From Saccostrea cucullata (Eukaryota): a DNA stretch of 64,000 nucleotides. The notes under the pieces were generated by a model that saw only the letters and a list, made by a program, of their open reading frames with translations, did no database searches and was not told the origin of the DNA. The first letter of the stretch is position 1, and the number at the start of each line of letters is the position of its first letter. This document shows positions 26,501 to 38,592 of this stretch, piece after piece. The stretch lies in assembly GCF_032062105.1 (NCBI RefSeq), contig NW_026940097.1:1-64000 (forward strand), read 5' to 3'. The position numbers and the translations under genes were made by a program.

Positions 26501-27655
26501 GTTAATCTTTTTTGTGCGTGTAATGTTGGATTATAAAATGATTTAGTGCTGTAGATCATCATGTTTTAATTTTCTTAATTTCATAAATATAAAATATATA
26601 TATCAATATTTAATTCAAGGAAAATAACTGGTTATTTTAAAGCACAAAAGCCACAAATACATGTAAGTTGTCATTGAAGAAAACGACAACCACCCAACCC
26701 TCAACTTCGGGCCTTAACATGTAAATGCCTCAAACACTATACCATGACCACAAGAAATGCTTTCTTATCTAATATCAATTCTGTACCTCCGTACATGATA
26801 CAACTTTAAATATCAAAGTAAACTATCAAACAATGCTTCTCGCGTGAATCCAGTCCCTGCATAAATTGCTTGACATAATTGTAAATTCTACTCATATTTT
26901 TTTTTTAAATAAAAAAAATAGAATAGTTTTTATTTTAAATTTGCAGTACATCCAAGACAAGTTATAACAGAGAAAAAAAATTCACAATTTTATTTTAAAG
27001 ATTGTTAAATTTTTTGTGTTTCAACTGAACAATAAAATTTCCTCGGTTGTTGTATGGAAAACATCAGAGCAACTGTTAAAAAAATAATAATACCCTGCTG
27101 GAGTCCTTCATGTATTTTTCCTACTTTCCCTTCTACGGTAAATAACTTAGTTGCACGCGAGGAGAAAGGACATTTTATCACCAATTCACCTTTAATAATA
27201 TCTATGTATTAAAAGATATGAAGAGTGATTGCCCACGTTAAGTATTGTATATTTGATATGTATTGATATTTATGACATTGATATGTAGGGCATTTTTGAA
27301 ATGTATGACTTTTCATTTATAGAATATCTAATTTTCTTGATGCGCGGCATTGAAGTATTAGTAAAGAAAGCCATTGATTTTACTGAGAAATAAAGGAGAA
27401 AAGATTCAGTAAATATATATATTTAGAGAAAAGGCTAAGGTTTCATTTTCTCTTTTGCATAACACTTGCTGAAATTGATCCAAATTGAATGTTTATGATA
27501 TTGCAATGTTGTAACAAGCATAATTATGTACATTACATTTAATGGAACTTTCGCCAGTGAAATGTTATTGTCATTAAGATAGTAAGTCATTATGAGAATA
27601 TGTCACTGTATGAAGATATTTTGAAAAATGTTCATATACTTATATAATGTATATA

Positions 27656-27797
27656 CTGTATATAGAGTTATTTTCGTCCCGTGTTTTTTGCCGTTTCTCA
27701 CTTGCAGACATATTTGTCCTGCTTTAAATTCACCCAAATGAGGTAAAGTCGAAAGGGGCGAAAATAAAACAGGGGCAAAACAATTTCCTTTAAACAG
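27656..27797. mobile_element. Short TA-flanked MITE (relatives at about 2905-3085 and 14504-14690)
   Basis: TA|CTGTATA...TAAACAG|TA with TTTTCGCCCC-type subterminal motifs. Confidence 0.6.
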
Positions 27798-28438
27798 TAC
27801 ATATATGTAATATTTTTTTATATTTAAGTCCCGTTTGTTGACCCCCTCTTTGTATTGTAAATATGTTTTACTACTGTTTGTCATTTTCTTCAATAAATGA
27901 CATTTTCTACACAATGTTGTTTGTTTTTGCCTGCTTTAACAAAAAAAAAACCCAGCTCAGTTGTCTGGCAGGAGAACTAATAAGGAACATAAATGAAGAC
28001 ACGAACAGTAGTCAAGCGCAATGTTTATTGGAACCAAATTCAAAGGAAGAAGGGTGATCAGGGAATGTTTAGATATCAGAAGTTGAATCAGGTGCTATGG
28101 AGGGTTAGGTATCCCCTTTCGACCGGTTTCACCAGTCGTGGGCTCCCCCCGTCATTATACGGCTAGCAGAAAAAATCGCAGACAAATCAGTGTGAGAAAA
28201 ACGCTTAAGAATTTACTTGAAAAATGCCTGACATCATTAGACGTAACGATAGATTGAAGCTGCCTGAAAGGTCACAGATCAAAGACTTTACCAGATCTTG
28301 ATTTGAAATGGGACTGCTATTCTGATCAGAATGCACGCTTGAACTTCAAGTGTTTACGTACGTTTATTTTAGATCTTTTTGGGGGTATATGATGATTCTT
28401 TGTTATGATTCTACCCTTATTCCATCGATGTGCATGTC

Positions 28439-28442
<4 letters not shown>

Positions 28443-28486
<44 letters not shown>

Positions 28487-28561
28487 ATTTTGTCCGACGT
28501 CCGTCTGTCTGTCCGTCTGTCCGTCTGTCTGTAAACTTTTCACATTTTCGACTTCTTCTCA

Positions 28562-28592
<31 letters not shown>

Positions 28593-28601
28593 CCACAAAG
28601 A

Positions 28602-28645
<44 letters not shown>

Positions 28646-29471
28646 AGCCCTCATTCAAGGGGAGATAATTGGGAATTAATGAAAATTTGGTGGCATATTT
28701 TAAAAATCTTCTTCTCAAGAACCACTGTGCCAGGAAAGATGAAACTTATGGGGAAGCATGCTCAGGTAGTGTAGATTCAAATTTGTACAAATCATGACCC
28801 CCGGGGGTAGGGCGGGGCCAAAATGGCCGACCAAAGTTTTACATAGAAATATATAGGAAAATTCTTTAAAAATCTTCTTCTCAAGAATGACAAAGCCATA
28901 ATTCATCATATTTATATGGAAGCATGCTCAGGTAGTGTAGATCCAAGTTTGTTCAAATCATGACCCCCCGGCGTAGGGCGGGGCCAAAATGGCCGATCAA
29001 AGTTTTACATAGAAATACATAGGAAAATTCTTTAAAAATCTTCTTCTCAAGAATGACAAAGCCATAATTCATCATATTTATATGGAAGCATGTTCAGGTA
29101 GTGTAGATTCAAATTTGTTCAAATCATGACCCCCGGGGGTAGGGCGGGGCCAAAATGGCCGACCAAAGTTTTACATAGAAATATATAGGAAAATTCTTTA
29201 AACATCATCTTCTCAAGAATGACAAAGCCATAATTCTTCATATTTATATGGAAGCATGCTCAAGTAGTGTAGATTCAAATTTGTTCAAATCATGACCCCC
29301 AGGGGTAGGTCGGGGCCAAAATGGCCGACCAAAATTTTTAAAGATATATATAGGAAAATTCTTAAAAAATCATTTTCTAAAAAATAGCAAATCCATGATT
29401 GGTCATGGGACTACTTTTGGATTTAAACTTTACAATAAAAAGCCATTTTCTACTTTTTCTTACCTTTAGTG

Positions 29472-29506
<35 letters not shown>
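28443..29506 (+). mobile_element. Complete non-autonomous Helentron carrying a 166-bp Cg170-like satellite array
   Basis: 5' GCTCACCTGAGC and 3' GCTCAGGTGAGC subterminal IRs, (GTCY)n microsatellite, monomer anchors at 28791, 28957, 29123, 29289 (period 166), 3' palindrome GGCCCATGGGCC then TCTTGTT. Confidence 0.92.
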
Positions 29507-29508
<2 letters not shown>

Positions 29509-31169
29509 ATTAATAAGATAAAAAAACGTCTGCTGATTCTTTATTTACAAAGACTAATGTCAATTAATTACAGTTTTCCTTTTGGGGCTCTACATTATAT
29601 AATTGATTGATTCTATGTTTTTTAAAAAATCCGGTTCGAAACTTTTTGATCTCTTATAGAAATGTCACAATTTACTAGTGAAAGGGCTTCAAATGTGAAA
29701 TTTACCCGGTAATAAGGATCTTTATCGTGCAAACGCCAACTCTGACACATGTATAGAGCCCGGGTTTTAAGATCTCACCCCAAAGGTCCAAACTCTCTCT
29801 CTCTTCAGGATGTCGATCGATTGGAGAAGAAAATGCTAACATTTCTGTTTAATCAACTTCGGAGAGACGCTGCTGTGCTCGAAGAAACGACTTTCCGATC
29901 GTGGAACTAAAAATCTTATCTATTTTATCAAATTATTTAATAACAACCTCTTTATATTTATTTACAATTTATCCTCGAGTCAAATGCTGACTGACTATTT
30001 TCATACTAATTGTTAGTCAATTATTTACACACTGAATTGACGAGGGATTTTTCGTTATTTCCGGATCATGACATGATCATGACAAATGGATTATTTATAG
30101 AAAAAAAAATCAAACTTTTGTTATATATATATACGATTATATTACCTTTCCATTGCTTTTCTACAGAAATCATATGATATATAAAATTTATGGCATGAAA
30201 CAAACATTTGAGTATATCAAAAATAAAAACATTCAGAAATAAATGTTGGAGGCAAATTGATTAACAAATTAATATTCTATATTCTTTCTTTTGATTCTAT
30301 GTCGCTTTAGTGAAGTATACATTTTCAAAGTGAGACAATAAGCCTTCGAACAATACCAAAGGAAACGTTTATATAGATATTCATGTTTCAAAAGAAGATT
30401 AATAATGCTTATAAAACACAAATAAGAACTGGCAAGGCGTCAAATCAGTTAGTATAATGCTGTTTTTTTTTCTTAAATAAGAAAATGCCAACTGAAATAA
30501 ACAAAAGAGTATAGATTGTGCAATGAAATATATGAAGATAGCGAACAAAATTCAAGCTCATAAGTACATTCAATCAGTAAAAATCAGTAGCAAAGCTTGT
30601 ACGGACCTCTATATCATCAGAGGTATGATAAGGTACTATAAAGGAGTAGACACCTTTGTTGATCTGTGACATTATCTTGCAAAAATAGAAAAATGCGTAT
30701 AAAATGTTCAATGCATCCATCATGACCTAACAATAAATATGAAAAACGTCCATCGGCAGTTAATGATATTTATCTCAATGCGGAACATTTTCTTTATCAT
30801 ACAACACCAGACTATTCTACATTTTAACAGGGATTTTCAAATATGCCTGAAGTACGTTCCGGAAAATCAGTAAAGCAGAGGAAGGCTATCCGAAAAATAC
30901 ACCATCTTAGAAAATCACTCAGGTACGTAGCGAAGACATTTAAAAAATAAATGCAATGATCTGTATTTTATCAAACTTACAGTGAATGGTTTCTTTAACT
31001 TTTCTCTACGGCAATGCTCAATTATAAAAGATCAGCTGTATTTAAGATTAACTAATGAAACGAACAAAATATTTTGGTATGGTCTACACAAAATATAGTA
31101 AAACACACTTTTAGGGAACGAACTTATAATGAATTGACGCTTAAACTCGTAAAAAATTGTAGGTCCATT

Positions 31170-31385
31170 ATTTATACACTAAATTGACGACGGATGTTTG
31201 CGTTATTTCCCGATCATGACAAGGAGCACATGGCGGCCGTAACCGGTCGTCAGGGGATGCTTTCTCCTCCATGGCATCTGATCCCACCTCTGATTTGCGG
31301 AGTTCCGTGTTTGCCTTGCTCCTTTTTTGTGTTATTCTATAGACTTTCGATCTTGAATACTGTTCGTTATCTCCATGTTTCATTG
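31170..31385. mobile_element. SINE-like interspersed repeat (degenerate relatives near 28060-28200, 30000-30090, 30520-30700)
   Basis: Core ACCGGTCGTCAGGGGATGCTTTCTCCTCCATGGCATCTGATCCCACCTCTG with diverged reverse copies in the window. Confidence 0.55.
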
Positions 31386-31691
31386 TAAAACTTACGCATA
31401 TTACTTTAATATCGGAAGAAAATCAACCGAGCCTTCCATTCTTTACTGGCGTGTTCTACTGCGTACATATATTAATTGTAAATAAAAGATGAACTTGTGA
31501 AGAAAAACACACCAAATAATCAATCAATCATTAGGGGAAAATAAGATTATTATGCCTACAGTTTTAATGATAATTTTACTACGTGAGAAAAAATTAATAT
31601 TCTTTATATTAATATTGATTTTGTAATCTGATATTAATAAAGCTGATTAAATCAGAAAATGAGAACTCCACCGATTCGCACTTTCGTCTAG

Positions 31692-34600
31692 ATGTATTTA
31701 AATTCTTGTTGGATTCTTCTCCTGTTTCTAATAACAATTTTGAAGAGAACATATGCAGTTGGCATCTATGATAACTATGGTATTGCAACAAATGTGCACC
31801 CAACATCAACTTGTCTGAAACACAATGAAATACAAAGTATTTTTCTTTGTTTCATAAGCTGCATGAAAAGTCTCAATTACTTTTACGTGTTCAGTTATAG
31901 CATCAATGATCAACTTTGCAAGTGCTGTGTGAATGCTTCCGGAGCTGTTTTAGTTGACAATGACTGGAAATCCTTTAAACCAGGTAAGTTTAATAAAAAG
32001 GTTTTGAAATTGGTTGAAAAAAAAAACATCATCATGTATGTCTATTGAAATATGTTCATTGATTGCTTAAAGGTAAAAAACAAATAATGATGAAACGTGT
32101 TCAATTTTTTTAAAATAATTCTTTAAGGTAAAAAACAAATAATGATGAAACGTGTTCAATTTTTTTAAAATAATTCTTTAAATGATCAAAACAATAGAGT
32201 GTCATCATAGAAAACTTAAAATGCTGTTTAACGATACAGAAAAAAATAATAGCATATTTTTGAATGCGGAGTTGAAACTGAATTATAAATTAAACACGTT
32301 ATGTGTTAAATCCTTAGCAATACAGAAGAAAAAATCTAGATACGAGGAGCGACCAAAAAGATCACGAAACATCACTTTATTTTTAAAACCTCAAATATAC
32401 TCAAAATATGGCACGCATACACATGTTGTCATACACATGCTCTATAAATAGCAGATGATCTGTATAATTTTGCTTACTACATAACAGTAAAAAATGAGGC
32501 CAATTAATTGACTTGCAACAAAAAAGGTAACTCGGTTTGACTCGAGAACCGATTGGCTGTAAATAAAATGGTAAGTATATTTTGGAAATTCCTTTGCAGT
32601 ATGAAAATTTATGAAAGGTTTATGAAGACAAAATACTTCCCCAGAAATCGAATCGTAATACTAGTAACGGATCCAGGAATCTTGAAGTAAAGGAGTCCAC
32701 AATTTCGGAGTCGGGGCAAGAGGCCACAATCACACGAAAAATAAAAGATTTATAAATCTTATGTACATTTCAACCCAAAAGAGGGGGGTGGGGGTGGGCT
32801 CTTCTAAATCCGTCCGTGAATTATATACCGTAGAAGTGGAAATTTTAGCGAGACGCAGATTTCGAGATTTTTCCTTAAAAATTGGTGTTTTATTTTTAAC
32901 GAGATGTAATTTTAGCGATTTTAAAAATCTCACTAAAAAGCTATCACAAATAAAGTGCAATTAAATTTTAGCGATAATTAATCTTAGCGATCGTAGCACC
33001 TTCGCTTATAATGCCAAAATTAAATTCTCGCTAAAAATTCTGTTAAACGTAGATTGTTTAAGAGAAGGAAAGAAGATGGGTAAATCTGGTGTTTGTTCTA
33101 TTGCCAAATGAAAGCAAGCAAAAAGGTCAGGTGGTTTCTTAGTTAGGCAACTTGTTATGATATATCAACAAGTTAAAAAAAGACAAATATATGAATATCT
33201 TGACAATTATATAATTATTACATTCCCAGTATATCGTTCATTGTTTATTTTGAATAAAAAAATATTATGATAAAAAGAAGGTGTCCATACTTCATCCACA
33301 CTGGATAAACGATACTCATATGGCAAAAGATAAAGGTTGTGATTTTTGCCGTCCTCAGACTTGCTTTGATATCCTGATCCACCAAAGATATTGTCAAATA
33401 TGCCCATTTTTGACAAATGGGCTTTTTTGAAATAAAAAAAAAAAAAAAGGTTACAAGGTACGAGATCTGAAAAAAAAGCCACGGAGCATGTCAGGTGATC
33501 GCCAGAATCGTATGATGCGCGTGTGAACAAAACGGTTGCAGGTGTGCAACAAAAGAAAGAAAAAACGCATGTGTACATACATATACACACATAAAATAGC
33601 GAACAATAACCAAAATACAAATTGGAAGTTATATACCGTACGTGACACCGTTACCAAAGGTTTTGATATAGAGACTTACTGCAGGTCTTGGATAGAGTCT
33701 TCGGATGAGATAATGAAAAGTCATGTTTTGTACTAGGCTCTGGGGTAGAAAATATCCTCTGCTAAAAGCCTGTAATTATCTATAACAAGTTTAATTCTAG
33801 CTCAAGGAATAGAACAATACAATATGATTATTAAAAATTCTTAAAAGAGCGTTATAAACAAGCACAGTGAAATATTTGAAGGAGAACAATAGGAAATTTC
33901 TTAATTTTCTGATACCATAAAGGAGTAAAAATTCATTTTCGTTCGGTCACATCCGACATGTGTACTTCGTTATGGTCGGCAATGTTAAAATCTGTAGATG
34001 ATTCAGTAATAAAATTATGACAAAACAACTAGACACCGTATGAAAATCGTCCATATATATATGACCCACTGGATAAAAAAATACAGTTTCCGCATGGCTG
34101 AAACTCTACTGAAATTCTGCGGAAACTTTAGCTTACTAATAGTTTTGCAAAGTTCCAGTTCGGAAACTTCAAGTTTCATCAAATTTCCGAAGTGCGGAAA
34201 CCAAAGGTATCCAGGAATCCAAATAGTTTCCGCAACTGAAACCAACTGAATTTTCAAGTATACGCAAGGTTTCAGTATGCGTATAAGGTTAAAATACATA
34301 GGGTGTACCATAGGTTTCCGCAACAGAAACTTGCTGAAACTTAAGGTATACGCAAGGTTTCAGTAAACGTATAAGGTTGAAATACATATTGTGTACCATA
34401 GGTTTCCACAACAGAAACTTTCTGAAACTCGACACAACAATACACCATATTTTTAATATAGTTTTGCATCACTACTTTTATTCTTATATTACTTTGTCTT
34501 TGAAAAAAACCATACGTAAAACATACTATTGCATATGCAAATGACATAAATATTCCTTATTTATTTGTACTGCGAGGGAAGTCGGCAATATATAGTTTAT

Positions 34601-37600
34601 TTTAAAATTTAGTGATATATTAATATATATTATTATATAGATATTAATATATTAGTAATATACACCTGATTTTTTTGGCTTTCTGTGATTTATTGATGTG
34701 TAAATCACGCAGAATTGACACTTATGCATGCCTCATTAAGCTTGCTAGTGCATCATCAAAAAGGCACATTATGTACAAGTCTGTGTGAATTACAAATCAT
34801 TAAATAATATTCAACTAAAGCACGTTCCGTATATTTACATTTGACAAGGTTACAAGCACCAATTATATACTAATATATTTATATTTCAGACTAAAGATAA
34901 AAAAGATCAAGTTTTTATCCTTACTGACTTCGTGAAATTCCACTGAGCTGATAGATTCATTTTTAGAATTTTAAAAAGATTATATACTTAAAGAGTATAT
35001 TCGTTAAATTATTATTTATGAACAAGATTTAGAATAATATACAGCTCAACAAACTTTTTAAGCTCACATGGTTTTTCGCACAAATTAAGGTCACACTGTC
35101 GTAATAAAAATTACCATTTTGGAACTGCAGTACAATGGTATAACCGTTCGTTATATTACATATATAATGCCAAGCATAAATGTCTTTTAAAATCATTATC
35201 TTAAGTTTCCAAAGTGGATGTTTTAAAGGAAAATTTATAAATAAATGGTAGGATGTTTCGACTATACGATTCTACCATAGGTTTTTACAAATTGTGTAAA
35301 ATGAGCTTTCCTTGATCCCATGTAGTTGTATTTTTTAAAAGTTTTTATTAAAGGTGAGTATTTAAAAAAAAATTTGCTCAATTACCATACTCCTCTTGGT
35401 TTCGTCGAAATGTAGCGCCCAAAAGCGATAATATTGCAAAAGGAAACCCCACTAAAGGGTAGGATAATGAACTATTGTTTATTTTTTTAAATAGTAAATC
35501 CTTTATGAAAAGGAAAATTCTATATTTTAATATATGAAACGTTAAAATTTTGCAATGGGATGAATCTTTCATGATTCTAGATTTTAGAAGTTGACTCTTA
35601 AAAATCCCACCTTATTAACATAGAAAGCAGTCAAACAGATGAAAAATACTATTATCACCCGGAGTTAAAGAGTCAAAATGTACAGAAAATACAAGTTACA
35701 GTAGCTGTACTGTACCCATGTCTACGTTTCTGCCAAGAGGTATTGCTTTCAAAAGAACGGATAAAAAGACAGTTACAATTGGCAAGAAACTACAAAAATT
35801 CAAATTACAATAGTTGTTATTTTTCAGCCATGAATATTTCAAAGTTCTAATAATTGATTTTTGTGAATTATGTTTCAGTAAATGAAAGAAAACTCAAATT
35901 ATGTAAACAAATACTTTTTTAAAATGTATTTTGTTGTCTCGACACACAATATTATATCATATCAATGTGACCTTAATTTTTGCGAAAAACCATGTGAGCT
36001 TAAAAAGTTTGTTGAGCTGTATTAATAAAAAGTGAATTCTTATTCAATGCATCGTTACATTAAATCAATTTTTACACAACACTATAATTTTGATGAACTG
36101 ATTCTTTTCACTGAATGTAGCTTTATACTTAATGTAGCTATATTCTTAAATCGGCACAGTTGTCATTTCATAGAATTAAAGTTTTTTTTCATTCTTTAAG
36201 AAACATCTTGTCGATATGCTTTGTAGGATCAAAAAACTGTACCACGTCTTTTTGCTGTTATAGACATGAAATTGACGTTCAAATAAAGAAACGTTATCAT
36301 GTGAACAAATTTGAGCAAATCAGAGATCTCAGAATGATGAAGAAAAATAATATAACATGAAATCTTTGGTTTTTTTGTTAAGGATATTGATCTATCAAAT
36401 TAATCAAAAATAGCAATCTGAAAAAAGATCAGATTAATTCTAGGCATAAAAGAAAGGAAAAGAAGAGAAAATCTATAAATAATCTTTAAAGTTTAGTCAT
36501 GAATCAAAATTAATTAAACTCTATCCTCTTTGAAGTTAAAACTGGTTACTTTCTAATAACTAGATATTGGGAAAAAATAAACCAGTCGTAAACATCGGAG
36601 TGGAGGGAAAATACAAGTTTAAAAAATAATGCTGCAAAAAAGAATATGTATATACCTCTCGTTCAAAATTATAACTTATGTATTAATCTTTTTAACATTC
36701 TTTTTAAACATACACATAGTAGCATAGCTCCCCCCTTCCCTGCAGACATATATAATGCTAAAAATACAGAATGGCCAGAGAATAGATCATAGCCAAGCAC
36801 TTCAATGAAATCAAACATTTTATTGAATCTGTTTAAATTGGTTCCTTTACAGCGCCGTGCCCAGTGGGTTACACAGCCTACCGCTATTCTGGATCTGAAA
36901 TCTGTCTTAAATACCAAAGTACAGGAACCAAATATCCGGAAGCCGTGGACAGCTGTAAATTAAGTGGAGGGGATCTTATTAGAATTGATTCAGAGGAAAA
37001 GTACAACTTATTTAAAACGCTATTAGGTGAGATAACCTGAAAGGTGTTTCATGATTTTATTTCATAAAAGACAGAGATGAGAATTTTTAGATATAATGTT
37101 AAAGGTGGAAGGTCCAAGGTTTTCAATTGAATTTAATACCAATCTTTCATCTACTAATACAAGGGATGTATATTTTATTTAGGTTGTATATCTCTTACAA
37201 GGTTCATATTCTCGACATGCTACATGTATCATTGTTTGGTCAATGAGGGTTATTTATAAACTATGCAATATAAAATCAAAGGAAATGCACACCTTCTTAT
37301 TTACAACATGATACACATTATATGAATGAAATATCTTTAAAGCACTAAACAATCAGTACATTTTTTTTTATATATGTCAGGGGTCAGGAGATTTGGAAGA
37401 GTTGAAATTGATCTGCAGGGCTAAATCAGTATAATTATTTTATACCAAAATTACATATGTGTTTTATTATACATTTTTTAAATTTGATATCGGTTTGAAA
37501 ACAGTCAAGGGCTCTATTTTACAAACCTTGTATCGTGTAATTAAATTACTGTATATAATTTTGTTTCTTGATATTTTTATATATAAATTAATGAATTTCT

Positions 37601-38192
37601 ATTATCATATTTTCCTTCAGCCCTCTTTATCCCACACTCTGTCTATAATTTGAGATTCGGTTTGATACAGAAAAATGATTTGAAATAGCTCGTGCTTTAT
37701 ACATGTACCCCCACAAAGGAATCGAATTGCGATATGGTGACACAATATTTTGTGTATGTGTGCATTTGTTATTTGTGGGTGTGTTTCGTCCTGTGTGAAA
37801 GGATAATGACATCACTTGCGCCAAAATTGTGATTTTTTGCGAGGGGATGCTCTTTTTGTTGCGCCTCTGTTCTAATTATATGAAATTGATATGAACTATC
37901 CACGCATTTGTATAACTAAAACATAAAAAAAAAGTTTTATTGATTTTAAGGACCATTTGCAGCTGTTAATCCAATTGAGGTCTGGGTGCAGGGAGAGAAA
38001 ATTAATGGCGAATGGAAATTTCATGACTTGACGATGATACCTGATGTTTGTCCCCTAGAAGAGTCCAACAAGACAGTGGAGGTTCATTTAAGAGCTGTCA
38101 GCCTTCAAAACTACATTTGTTTGGACTCCTGGCCGGGTGCAATGTATCACTTTGTTTGTGAAAAGCGCCGTCTTTTCTTTTCACATTTTTAG
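31692..38192 (+). CDS. Secreted PAN/apple-like + C-type lectin domain protein, divergent copy C (exons 31692-31983, 36853-37026, 37951-38192; 235 aa)
   Basis: Exon 1 aligns with copy B exon 1; donor GTAAGT at 31984. Exon 2, absent from the ORF track, reads PCPVGYTAYRYSGSEICLKYQSTGTKYPEAVDSCKLSGGDLIRIDSEEKYNLFKTLL. Exon 3 has VWVQGE..WKFHD..FVCE. Exon 2 and 3 lengths (174, 242) equal those of copies A and B. Confidence 0.9.
32071..32180 (+). repeat. Perfect 55-bp tandem duplication in intron 1 of copy C
   Basis: AGGTAAAAAACAAATAATGATGAAACGTGTTCAATTTTTTTAAAATAATTCTTTA at 32071 and 32126. Confidence 0.9.
34065..34430. mobile_element. One end of a CACTA/CMC-like element with subterminal repeats
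   Basis: CCCACTGGATAAAAAA end, many GTTTCCGCA/GAAAC motifs, 88-bp tandem repeat at 34258 and 34346. Other end not found. Confidence 0.45.
35042..36019. mobile_element. Tc1/mariner-type non-autonomous element with TA TSD, in intron 1 of copy C
   Basis: 57-bp TIR CAGCTCAACAAACTTTTTAAGCTCACATGGTTTTTCGCA.. with 2 mismatches; TA on both sides. Confidence 0.92.
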
Positions 38193-38592
38193 TGGACATT
38201 TTTTTGTGAAAAACATCGCCTTTTCTATTTCACATTTTTAGTGGACGGTTTCGATTTGTTTATGAAAAATATAACCTTTGCCACTTATGTTATTTTCTCT
38301 TGACAAGTGTTATTTTGTTTGAATTTTTTTTTCATATTTACTGAGGAAAGTAACAGTTTAAGACATAAGGTACCATTTTAAGTTTTCAATGCACCATGGC
38401 ATAAAGCTTTTAGTCTGTCACAAGATCAAATTATATAAATGTAACGCCCAATGGGCTTTAAAGTAGATTTTATAACGTACCGGCTTCATATCATACCCCC
38501 AATGAAACTCTAAAAATAATATTTTATTGATAATATCTATATTTCACTCTTTTGTTCTTTTTTAAAAACGTCCCTATGGCAATACAACATAA

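Noticed and set aside
28443-28909. Minus-strand ORFs of 91 and 64 aa
   Set aside because: They lie inside a non-coding Helentron and its satellite monomers.
33207-34547. ORFs of 66-137 aa in intron 1 of copy C
   Set aside because: Low-complexity or repeat-derived, with no recognisable domains.
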